From the sequence record SRR31156797_8979: a stretch of DNA of 43,618 nucleotides; one strand, written 5' to 3'. Positions 1-8,386 of the stretch are shown piece after piece. The notes beneath the pieces were generated by a model, which made no database searches, was not told the origin of the DNA, and worked only from the letters and a program-made list of their open reading frames with translations. The position numbers and the translations under genes are program-made. How positions within the stretch are numbered: position 1 is the first letter of the stretch; each line of letters begins with the position of its first letter.

Positions 1-729
1 GGGATGCTTGATGCGCTTCCAAGACATGTCTGTGATATGCAGAAGTCCGTCGAGACCGCCGAGGTCGATGAATACACCGTATTCGGTGATATTCTTAACT
101 TTACCTTTAACGGTCTGCTCTTCTTCGAGAGTTTCAAGCAACTGGGAACGCATTTCGTTGCGCTGTTCTTCGAGAAGAACACGGCGAGAAACGATAACGT
201 TGCTGCGACGACGGTTAATTTTGAGGATCTTGAATTCGTAGGTCTGATCAACGAGAGCGTCCATATCAGGAACGGGACGGAGATCGACGTGAGAACCAGG
301 CAGGAATGCTTCCACGCCACCGAGATCAACGGTGTAACCACCTTTGATGCGGCGGATGATTCTGCCTTCGACAACGCCTTCTTTTTCCTGCACTTCTTCG
401 AGCTTATCGAAGAGCTGCATGCGTTTGGCTTTGTCGCGGGAAAGGTGAATGGTACCTTCGTTTTCGTTTTTGTTAGCAACAAAAACGTCTACTTTGTCAC
501 CGACTGCAACAGTCATTTCACCATCAGCATCCAGAAATTCAGATACTGCAATCTGGCCTTCAGACTTGAAGTTAACGTCGATAAGAACGAAGTCCTTGTC
601 TACTTTAACTACTTCACCGGAAACGATGCTTCCTTCGTCCAGATTTCCGAAATCGGCATTAAGATAGTCTTCAAGGGCAGCCTCAAAGTCCATTTCCATT
701 TCGGCGTTCATGTTTTCATTGTTTTCCAT
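1..729 (-). CDS. rpsA: 30S ribosomal protein S1, 5' part; runs off the left edge of the window
   Basis: Read manually on the minus strand from ATG 729, with SD GGAGGT at 735-740: MENNENMNAEMEMDFEAALEDYLN...DVNFKSEG...AFLPGSHVD...KINRRRSNVIVSRR...KNITEYGVFIDLGGLDGLLHITDMSWKRIKHP. These are S1 repeat signatures. Absent from the ORF track because no stop codon falls inside the window. Confidence 0.98.
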   Translation of the reverse strand, partial: MENNENMNAEMEMDFEAALEDYLNADFGNLDEGSIVSGEVVKVDKDFVLIDVNFKSEGQIAVSEFLDADGEMTVAVGDKVDVFVANKNENEGTIHLSRDKAKRMQLFDKLEEVQEKEGVVEGRIIRRIKGGYTVDLGGVEAFLPGSHVDLRPVPDMDALVDQTYEFKILKINRRRSNVIVSRRVLLEEQRNEMRSQLLETLEEEQTVKGKVKNITEYGVFIDLGGLDGLLHITDMSWKRIKHP

Positions 730-930
730 GGGTTACCTCCAACAACGATGTCCTCGGACAAAATTTTGGCATATATATTATGGGAGAAGTGCATTGGAAT
801 CAACCTGCTCACGCGTTCCGAGGCAGCCGATGCCCAGATTGTCCGTTGGCCCATGGGGCCACACTTCATCCCTAATGCCCGTTACGGGACAATTCCCAGC
901 GGGTATAAAAACCCTTCTGAGATTAAGAGA
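730..930 (-). promoter_or_regulatory. Putative structured 5' leader of rpsA
   Basis: Nested complementary segments (782-791 with 862-872; hairpins 847-861 and 878-888) downstream of a possible TTTACA-N17-TAGAAG promoter at about 935-963. Confidence 0.5.
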
Positions 931-1017
931 ACTGCTTCTATCCTAAAAAAGGACTTATGTAAACCTAATTCAACAACCCCCCGGCACCTGAAATCGTTTG
1001 CATTCAAAGCTTAAGGC

Positions 1018-1047
1018 AAAAAAAGAGCCGGATAAATCCGGCCCTTT
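1018..1047 (-). terminator. Intrinsic terminator after phoU
   Basis: GCCGGAT/ATCCGGC stem followed by a T-tract on the minus strand. Confidence 0.85.
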
Positions 1048-1085
1048 CTCTTAAAACATTTCTCCAACCAAAATCGAATTGCCAA

Positions 1086-1751
1086 CTACCCCATACATTG
1101 ATGCTTGATATTCACACCCTTGGTAATGAAAATTACAGACTCAGCAATATTCGTAGCCTGATCCGCAATACGCTCAAGATGACTGGCGGCCATGATCAAA
1201 TGCACGCCACGCTCAACGATCCTTGTCTCGGAAACCATGTTCTCAATAAGCCCCTTAAGAATCCTGACGTTAAGGGCATCAGCCTCATTGTCCATGCCGC
1301 AGACCTCTGCCGCAAGCTTTGCATCTTCATCAGCAAAAGCCTTAACCGCTTTACTGACCATGTCTGCGGCAACGGAACAAATCTGATCAAGCTGCTGATT
1401 AAAAGGGAGCGGCGGACGAGTGCTTAGAAATACAGCGCGATGGGCAAGATTAACTGCCTGATCGCCAATTCGCTCAAGATTACTGCTGATACGCATGGCT
1501 CCGACAATAAAGCGTAAATCTCTAGCCATAGGCTGGTCTAGAGCCAGCAAGCTCAGGTTATGTTCATCAAGTTCACATTCAAGTTCATTGATCTTGATAT
1601 CATTCATGATAACGTCTTCAGCAAGCTCAGCATTGCATTCAGCTAAAGCCTTCACCGAATTGTGCATGGCAGTCTCAGCCATGCTGGACATTCTCAGTAC
1701 CTGAACTTTCAAACCATCCATTTTCTTAATAAAATTAGCACGTTGCTCCAT
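1086..1751 (-). CDS. phoU: Phosphate signalling complex protein PhoU
   Basis: QPMARDLR, LERIGD and HLERIADQATNIAE motifs; two PhoU repeats; directly downstream of pstB. Confidence 0.97.
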   Translation of the reverse strand: MEQRANFIKKMDGLKVQVLRMSSMAETAMHNSVKALAECNAELAEDVIMNDIKINELECELDEHNLSLLALDQPMARDLRFIVGAMRISSNLERIGDQAVNLAHRAVFLSTRPPLPFNQQLDQICSVAADMVSKAVKAFADEDAKLAAEVCGMDNEADALNVRILKGLIENMVSETRIVERGVHLIMAASHLERIADQATNIAESVIFITKGVNIKHQCMG

Positions 1752-1809
1752 AAAAACACATTCCTCTACAGCCCTGAAAACTGGGCCTCAACTATAATTC
1801 AAAATCGAC

Positions 1810-2571
1810 TTAACCAAAACGTCCGGTGATATAATCTTCAGTCTGCTTATTCTTGGGCTTGGTAAACATGGTTTCGGTCTTGCCAGTTTCAATCAGGCGC
1901 CCCATATAGAAAAAAGCGGTTTGGTCGGACACACGTGCAGCCTGCTGCATGGAGTGAGTTACGATAATGATGGTAAAATTCTTCTTCAGTTCATGAATCA
2001 GGTCCTCAATCTTCTGGGTTGCGATGGGATCAAGAGCTGAGGCAGGCTCATCCATAAGCAGCACTTCAGGCTCCACCGCCAGAGCGCGGGCAATACAGAG
2101 ACGCTGCTGCTGACCGCCGGAAAGTCCGAGAGCAGAAGCATGCAGCCGATCTTTTACTTCATCCCAGAGAGCACCGCCTTTAAGACTCTCTTCAACTTTG
2201 TGGGCAAGAAATTCCTTATCCTGAACACCGTTTACACGCAGGCCGTAAGCAACGTTCTCAAAGATGGATTTAGGGAAAGGATTGGGCTTCTGAAAAACCA
2301 TGCCTACACGTCTTCTCAGGGTAACCACATCCAATCCCTGAGCGTAAATATTTTCCTCATCCAGAGTCAGGTCACCGTCAACACGGGTTCCGGAAATAAG
2401 GTCATTCATCCTGTTCAGGCAACGCAGAAAAGTACTTTTACCGCACCCTGAAGGTCCGATAAGCGCGGTAACCCTGTTTTCCTCAAAATCCATGGAAATA
2501 TCTTCAAGCGCCTTGAAGTCACCATAGTAAAAGTCCAAATTCTTAGAAGCGATTTTAACAGCTTGCCCCAT
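1810..2571 (-). CDS. pstB: Phosphate ABC transporter ATP-binding protein PstB
   Basis: [40 protein letters not shown] and C-terminal [10 protein letters not shown]. Confidence 0.98.
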   Translation of the reverse strand: MGQAVKIASKNLDFYYGDFKALEDISMDFEENRVTALIGPSGCGKSTFLRCLNRMNDLISGTRVDGDLTLDEENIYAQGLDVVTLRRRVGMVFQKPNPFPKSIFENVAYGLRVNGVQDKEFLAHKVEESLKGGALWDEVKDRLHASALGLSGGQQQRLCIARALAVEPEVLLMDEPASALDPIATQKIEDLIHELKKNFTIIIVTHSMQQAARVSDQTAFFYMGRLIETGKTETMFTKPKNKQTEDYITGRFG

Positions 2572-2699
2572 TACGTTATCTCCATAAAATTATATAAAAA
2601 TAAAATCGGATCAGGCTCACCCGATCCCCGATATTGCTTGATACGCACCGAATAAAGGACAGCCGACAGCAGCTGACACAAACTAACTATCCGGCACGG

Positions 2700-2737
2700 G
2701 TTACAAAGCAATGACCCGGCTGTTACGTTTATGTTAC
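2700..2737 (-). promoter_or_regulatory. PHO-box-like array of four direct repeats
   Basis: The minus strand reads GTAAC-N6-GTAAC-N6-GTCAT-N6-GTAAC (plus-strand starts 2733, 2722, 2711, 2700): an exact 11-bp period upstream of pstB. Confidence 0.75.
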
Positions 2738-2794
2738 GCAGGATACGAGCAAACAAAAGGTTTAAAAAACAGAATGTTACTGAACACAAAAAAC

Positions 2795-2833
2795 AAAAAA
2801 ACGCCTTGTAAAACGATGTTTACAAGGCGTTTA
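2795..2833 (-). terminator. Intrinsic terminator after the AMIN-domain gene
   Basis: ACGCCTTGTAAA/TTTACAAGGCGT stem with a T-tract on the minus strand. Confidence 0.85.
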
Positions 2834-2854
2834 TAAAACCAATGAAAATCTAAA

Positions 2855-3583
2855 TCAGAAACCTAAATCAAAAGATACACCCTTAGCGTGCTTGCGTACT
2901 CCCGGCTTGATTTTCGCAGGGACATTTTTCTCATCAAGGTAAACAACCATACGAATTTTATCCGGATGTTCGCCGAGGACAATCTTCTGAACCGGGCAAT
3001 TCTTCAAGCGGTACAGAGATTTGGCCCTATTCTGCCATTTCCCGTGAATATCGAGGACCAGCCGACGCGGTTTTGCAAGGTTAAACCAACTGACTTTTCC
3101 GGGGGCAGCAGAAAGCGCAACTTCCACTGAAGCTTTTGCGGATTCGCAGGAAAAGCTCACCTTTGAAACACTTCCTTTAGAAGAGGATTTAACGGGTTTC
3201 TTGGCAATACTCTTCGGCTCCACAACCTTAGTCTCAGCAGATTTAGGTTTTACAGCAGTCTTTTCAGCAACGGGAACAGATTCCTCTTTCTTTTCCACAA
3301 GCTGTGCTGTCTGGTTAACAAAACCGCCTTGAGCACTGATATCAGCCTCGTTCAACCCTTGAGCTGCATCAGAACTCGCTGATTGGGCAGATTCAAGAGG
3401 CAGAACCAGTCTGCTGACTTCGCGACGCACAACAGGACCTTCACCTTCCTGCGGATGACTTATCTCCACTTTTTCAGCAAAGAAAGCATCAAAAAAGCCC
3501 GTGTGAAAAAGAGCCGTACAGACTCCTATCAACAACAGGAGAACCAGCAACAGGGCTGTAAAAGGACGAAATTTCATTTTCAT
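2855..3583 (-). CDS. Membrane-anchored AMIN-domain protein
   Basis: N-terminal hydrophobic segment, K/P/S-rich linker, C-terminal FNLAKPRRLVLDI...IVLGEHPDKIRMVVYL AMIN pattern. Start uncertain (3592, 3583 or 3577). Confidence 0.8.
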   Translation of the reverse strand: MKMKFRPFTALLLVLLLLIGVCTALFHTGFFDAFFAEKVEISHPQEGEGPVVRREVSRLVLPLESAQSASSDAAQGLNEADISAQGGFVNQTAQLVEKKEESVPVAEKTAVKPKSAETKVVEPKSIAKKPVKSSSKGSVSKVSFSCESAKASVEVALSAAPGKVSWFNLAKPRRLVLDIHGKWQNRAKSLYRLKNCPVQKIVLGEHPDKIRMVVYLDEKNVPAKIKPGVRKHAKGVSFDLGF

Positions 3584-3686
3584 TATCGGCAATCCATTTT
3601 GGTTATCATTTCAGGTGCGATAATATAAGAGAATTTCCCGGTTAAGGCAAAGCCGTCCTCACCCCGCGAATTGAAAAGGTTAACAC

Positions 3687-3726
3687 AAAAAAACAACCGC
3701 CTGTCTCCACTAGAGACAGGCGGTTG
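3687..3726 (-). terminator. Intrinsic terminator after glgP
   Basis: Perfect 14-bp stem CAACCGCCTGTCTC/GAGACAGGCGGTTG plus T-tract. Confidence 0.9.
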
Positions 3727-3749
3727 GGTTAAATTTATATAAAGAGACG

Positions 3750-6230
3750 CTACTTTTTCATTTCCATGGGTCGCACTCCCCAAATGTTACGGGCATAATC
3801 CATAATGGATCGGTCACTGGAAAAATGGCCGGAACCTGCTGTATTGAGAATTGAGCTGCGCAGCCAACCTTTACGGTCCTGCCACAATTCATCAACCCGG
3901 TCCTGCGCATCCATGTAGTCACGATAATCTGCGAGGACCATGTACTGGTCGCCACCGTCAAACAAAGAATTAAGGATCGGCCGGAACAACTCCCGGTCCC
4001 CTTCAGAGAATGTACCGTCACCAATGTAGTGCAGGGCCTCAGCTAATTCCTGATCCGCAGAAGCTATTTCCGAAGGATTGTAACCGCTGCGCCTGCGCCT
4101 TTCCACTTCATCGGCATCCATACCAAAAATAAACATATGCTCGCGGCCAACCTCTTCCATTATCTCAATGTTAGCTCCATCAAGTGTTCCAATGGTTAAG
4201 GCACCGTTCAGAGCGAACTTCATATTTCCGGTCCCGGAGGCCTCAGTCCCGGCAAGGGATATCTGCTCCGAAAGGTCAGTGGCCGGAATGATCCGCTCTG
4301 CCTGTGATACCCGGTAATTGGGCATGAAAGCGATGCGCAACTTATGGTTCACTGCAGAATCGGAGTTAACAACCGCGCCCACGGAATTAATCAACCGGAT
4401 GAGACGCTTGGCAATGAAATAACCCGGAGCGGCCTTGCCAGCAAAGATCTTCAGCCTAGGAACCACTACACTGTTGGGGTCTTTTTTCAAGCGGCAGTAG
4501 AGGGTGACGGCATGAAGCACGTTGAGCAGTTGCCGTTTATACTCATGGATGCGTTTGACGTGTACATCATACATCCAGTCCGCAGGCAGGTAGAGTCCGT
4601 ATTCATTGCGTGCATACTCCACCAGTCTCTTTTTTTCCTTAAGTTTGCATTCATACCAGCGATCCTGAAATTCAGGATCGTCAGCCAGTGGCTCAAGCTT
4701 TCGCAATTGAGCCAGATCGGTAACCCACTCTTCACCTATTTTTTCAGTGATGAGATCAGACAGAGGCTGGTTGCACTGACGCAGCCACCTGCGCGGAGTA
4801 ATCCCGTTGGTAACAGAGGTGAAACGGCCCGGAAACATTTCCACAAAATCCTGAAAAATACTCTTCTTGATCAACTCTCCATGCAGGGCTGAAACCCCGT
4901 TCACAATAAAGCTGCCCACAACAGCAAGCCAAGCCATGCGCACCTGCGGAAACTCACCGTCCTCGATGATGGACATACGCTTCAGCCTGTCTTCGTCACC
5001 TGGGAAACGGCTCTTGACATCTTCCATAAAACGGCGGTTGATCTCAAAAATGATAGAGACATGCCGAGGCAGGACCTTACGCATCATATCCAGCGGCCAT
5101 GTTTCAAGAGCCTCCGGCATAACAGTATGATTGGTGTAAGCAAAAGTGCGTCGGCAGATACGCCAAGCCACGTCCCAGTTCAGCATATGTTCATCAATGA
5201 GGATACGCATCAATTCCGGGATAGCGATGGCCGGATGAGTTTCATTAAGCTGGACCACAGCCCGGTTGGGCAGTTCGGAAAAATCGAGCTTAAGTTTCAT
5301 GAAACGGCGCATCATATCCTGAATGGTTGCCGAGACAAAAAAATACTGCTGCACAAGACGCAACTCACGCCCTTCGCTCAATCTGTCATTGGGATAAAGC
5401 ACCTTGGAAATGGTCTGGGAGCGAACCGCATCTTCCATGGAACGGATGTAGTCTCCGCTGTTGAACAAATCGAAGTTAAAACGCCTTGCCGGCTGGGCTT
5501 CCCAAAGACGCATATTGATAACATTTTCATTCCTATAGCCGGGAATAAGCATATCCACAGGCACAGCCATTACCTTTGCGCTGTCAGCCCAGCGATGGCG
5601 CACAGAACCGTCTTCATGCGTATACTGCTCTTCTCGCCCATAAAGACGAACAGTAAACATAAACCCTTTGCGGTTAAATTCCCATGGGTTACCAGTATGC
5701 AGCCAGTCATCCGGAGCCTCAACCTGCTCCCCGTTCTCAATGGCCTGCTTGAAAATCCCATACTCATACCTGATCCCGTACCCGTAACCGGGAATTCCCA
5801 GACTGGCCATGGAATCAAGAAAACAAGATGCAAGCCGACCAAGCCCACCATTCCCCAGTCCGGCATCTGCTTCCGCACTTTCTGCTTCATCAAGGGTGAC
5901 ACCGAATTTCTCCAACACCTCGGTCACTTCCTTTTCTATACCAAGGCTTATGGTGTTGCTGGCCAACGACTTTCCGGTCAAGAACTCCAAAGAGAGATAG
6001 TAAACACTCTTGGCCCGTTGACTGTAATATGAACGCTGAGTTTTAATCCAGTTTCCCACCAGCCGATCACGTAAGGTGTAAGCAAGCGCCTGATAAAGTG
6101 AAAACAAATCGGTCCGTCCATAATCACGGCCCAAATTGGACAGATGATGACGGCAAACACAATTCTCAAGGGATTCAACGTCCATCCCTCCAATCTCTTC
6201 CAGAAACTCAGCAATATCCTTTCTAGGCAT
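3750..6230 (-). CDS. glgP: Glycogen/alpha-glucan phosphorylase
   Basis: LGNGGLGRLASCFLDS, YTNHT, KRIHEYKRQ and the PLP site EASGTGNMKFALNG. Confidence 0.98.
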   Translation of the reverse strand: MPRKDIAEFLEEIGGMDVESLENCVCRHHLSNLGRDYGRTDLFSLYQALAYTLRDRLVGNWIKTQRSYYSQRAKSVYYLSLEFLTGKSLASNTISLGIEKEVTEVLEKFGVTLDEAESAEADAGLGNGGLGRLASCFLDSMASLGIPGYGYGIRYEYGIFKQAIENGEQVEAPDDWLHTGNPWEFNRKGFMFTVRLYGREEQYTHEDGSVRHRWADSAKVMAVPVDMLIPGYRNENVINMRLWEAQPARRFNFDLFNSGDYIRSMEDAVRSQTISKVLYPNDRLSEGRELRLVQQYFFVSATIQDMMRRFMKLKLDFSELPNRAVVQLNETHPAIAIPELMRILIDEHMLNWDVAWRICRRTFAYTNHTVMPEALETWPLDMMRKVLPRHVSIIFEINRRFMEDVKSRFPGDEDRLKRMSIIEDGEFPQVRMAWLAVVGSFIVNGVSALHGELIKKSIFQDFVEMFPGRFTSVTNGITPRRWLRQCNQPLSDLITEKIGEEWVTDLAQLRKLEPLADDPEFQDRWYECKLKEKKRLVEYARNEYGLYLPADWMYDVHVKRIHEYKRQLLNVLHAVTLYCRLKKDPNSVVVPRLKIFAGKAAPGYFIAKRLIRLINSVGAVVNSDSAVNHKLRIAFMPNYRVSQAERIIPATDLSEQISLAGTEASGTGNMKFALNGALTIGTLDGANIEIMEEVGREHMFIFGMDADEVERRRRSGYNPSEIASADQELAEALHYIGDGTFSEGDRELFRPILNSLFDGGDQYMVLADYRDYMDAQDRVDELWQDRKGWLRSSILNTAGSGHFSSDRSIMDYARNIWGVRPMEMKK

Positions 6231-6494
6231 AACAACCTCTCTATCTATTTGTAATTGATAGCTTTAAATTCACGGCTATTAAAACAGGACACCTATACTG
6301 CCTCAAAAAATTCAATTCTACATAGTTCTTATACATCAACTATTCAAAAAAAGTAACGCAAACATGTTTTTAGATTGCAACAAAAGCTGCATCCTACACA
6401 TGGATAGTGCCCATCAATATTTAGCACTTAAACAGCGAGCTAAACCATACTGAATTCGGCAAGTTATTATGCTTTGCAGCTCAGCAGTCTAAAA

Positions 6495-6542
6495 AAGTAG
6501 AAAGTTTTTTAACATTCTACTTCACCTTTATATGCATATAAT
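6495..6542. promoter_or_regulatory. AT-rich dyads and a TATAAT in the glgP-mucR divergent region
   Basis: 12-bp inverted repeat with one mismatch (6495-6522); perfect palindrome TTATATGCATATAA (6528-6541) overlapping TATAAT (6537-6542). Confidence 0.45.
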
Positions 6543-6702
6543 GCTATTCATAGTCTGTCTTAGTTGATTTAAACTTCAAAATGGGTAGAAGCTTCAACCT
6601 CAAGCCTCTACACCAAGCATAATACGCTCCTACATTAACAGATCAAAAAATAAGTTATACATAAATTATACGGCAACCGTAAAACAGGGAAAGGGAGAGG
6701 AT

Positions 6703-7098
6703 ATGGAAGACCATCTTAAAGAAGCTCTTGAGATAGTAAAAGCACAGGCCAGTGTAAGAACCATGACTGAAGAAGAAATTACTTCCATGGTGCAGAAGCT
6801 TGCCGCAGGAATTAAAAAGATAAGCGAAGGCATGCTCGACAACGGCTCCCCTGAACCTACTCCCCCGGTGGACCCCAAAAAAGCCATCAGGGAAAAAAGC
6901 ATTATCTGCCTTGAATCAGGAAAATCATTCAAGGTCCTGACCAAAAGACATCTGGCGAAATACGGCCTCACTCCGGACGAATACCGTGAAAAATGGGGGT
7001 ACGCCAAAAAGACCCCGCTGGTCTGTAAATCCCTGCAGCGGGAACGGCGCAAGAAAATGAAAGAGATGAAACTCTGGGAAAAGCGCAAGAAGCATTAG
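6703..7098 (+). CDS. Ros/MucR-family transcriptional regulator
   Basis: IICLESGKSFKVLTKRHLAKYGLTPDEYREKWG...PLV matches the Ros/MucR DNA-binding domain; SD GGAGAGG. Confidence 0.93.
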   Translation: MEDHLKEALEIVKAQASVRTMTEEEITSMVQKLAAGIKKISEGMLDNGSPEPTPPVDPKKAIREKSIICLESGKSFKVLTKRHLAKYGLTPDEYREKWGYAKKTPLVCKSLQRERRKKMKEMKLWEKRKKH

Positions 7099-7125
7099 AA
7101 CTGCCAAAATTTTGCAACACAAAAC

Positions 7126-7164
7126 AAAATGCCCGGTGTCTTATATAAAGGTACCGGGCATTTT
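7126..7164. terminator. Bidirectional terminator between convergent mucR and motB
   Basis: AAAATGCCCGGT/ACCGGGCATTTT inverted repeat. Confidence 0.85.
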
Positions 7165-7183
7165 CAGTGCAATGATATTAGAT

Positions 7184-7936
7184 TTACCACTTATCAGAAG
7201 ACGGCTGGTAATAAAATTCGACCCTGCGGTTAATAGCCCTGTTCCTGTTTGAGGTATTGGGAACAAGAGGCTTGGTCCCGGCATATCCTACAGCCTTAAC
7301 CCTTTTAGAGGAAACACCGGACCTCTTAAGGATATAACGCAGACACGAGGCAGCTCTGGCTGCTGAAAGCTCCCAGTTAGAACTGTAAATATTATTCTTG
7401 GTAGCCCGGTCATCTGTATGCCCACGCACCACCAAATTAAATTTTTTCTTTTTCATAATGCTGGCCACCTTATCCAGCAACTTGGTGGCCTTGGGATTAA
7501 TCTGGGCGGTACCGGGCTTGAAAATAGCCCTAGAAGGGACCCTGACCAAGACCCCCTGCTGATCAGTATTCACAGCCATCAACTTCTGCAATTTACCCGC
7601 AGAAATAAAAGCCCTGATATCGACCTCAAGGGCCTGCATGTTTTTTTTGGCTTTTGCGCTTATGGAAGAAGCCGAGTGGGGGCTTTTGGAAAAAGCCATG
7701 TGCTTTCCGGTTTTGTCCTGAGTTTGGATACCAAAGGCATCACGCATGGAACCTTTCAGGGTCTCGAAGTTGGCAACATCCTGATTGGCAAAGGAAAGCA
7801 GCAAAACGAAAAAGCAGAGCAGCAGCGTAACCATATCCGCAAAGGTCGCCATCCACGGAGGTAAGCCCTCTTCCGGCGGAGGTTCCACCGGAGCTTTCGC
7901 TTCAATATATATTATCTTCTCTTTTTTACGGGGCAC
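7184..7936 (-). CDS. motB: Flagellar stator B subunit (MotB/PomB family) with OmpA-like C-terminal domain
   Basis: TM segment WMATFADMVTLLLCFFVLLLSF with the conserved Asp; GHTD, NWELSAARA and NRRVE motifs; GTG start with GGAG SD. Confidence 0.93.
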   Translation of the reverse strand: MPRKKEKIIYIEAKAPVEPPPEEGLPPWMATFADMVTLLLCFFVLLLSFANQDVANFETLKGSMRDAFGIQTQDKTGKHMAFSKSPHSASSISAKAKKNMQALEVDIRAFISAGKLQKLMAVNTDQQGVLVRVPSRAIFKPGTAQINPKATKLLDKVASIMKKKKFNLVVRGHTDDRATKNNIYSSNWELSAARAASCLRYILKRSGVSSKRVKAVGYAGTKPLVPNTSNRNRAINRRVEFYYQPSSDKW

Positions 7937-8015
7937 TAAAATACACTCCGGGTAAAACCGTTCTATTCAATAGTCAGATAACGGCTACCCGCTCATATTG
8001 CAAATCCAAAGTCAG

Positions 8016-8384
8016 TTAATCAAGCATACGCCTGATTTCACTAACCATAACCTCGCAAGAAGGCAGCGGTTTAAGAAAAATGGAATTGGAAACACTGGGA
8101 ACTTCAGCCAGATCAACCGGAATACGGAACTCTGGGGACCCGGTATAGATTATAAATTTGAGCTCCGACCATTTTTGTCGGGCCTCTTTAATAAAATCCG
8201 TACCATTCATACCGGGAAGCCGCAAATCAACAACAACCAGATCGACCAGCTGAGTCTCAAGGAAACTTAAAGCTTCCTCTGAACTACCTACCTCATAAAC
8301 ATCAAACTCCTCATCCTCAAGGCCTATTGCAAGACTTTCCCTGACATGAACATCATCGTCCAGAACAAGTATTGAATGTGACAT
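8016..8384 (-). CDS. Single-domain response regulator (CheY-like receiver)
   Basis: ILVLDDD, VVDLRLPGMNG, YTG and FLKP motifs; ATG at 8384 is 2 bp after the kinase stop. Confidence 0.93.
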   Translation of the reverse strand: MSHSILVLDDDVHVRESLAIGLEDEEFDVYEVGSSEEALSFLETQLVDLVVVDLRLPGMNGTDFIKEARQKWSELKFIIYTGSPEFRIPVDLAEVPSVSNSIFLKPLPSCEVMVSEIRRMLD

Positions 8385-8386
8385 AC

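Noticed and set aside
4..1014. 336-aa plus-strand ORF
   Set aside because: Antisense shadow of rpsA, which is unambiguous on the minus strand.
2571..2789. 72-aa ORF upstream of pstB, considered as a leader peptide
   Set aside because: No SD; it runs through the PHO-box-like promoter region and has no protein-like features.
5061..6032. 323-aa plus-strand ORF
   Set aside because: Lies wholly antisense to glgP and has no recognisable motifs.
7937..8015. Sigma-28 promoter for motB (GCCGTTAT resembles the -10)
   Set aside because: No TAAA at the required 15-bp spacing.
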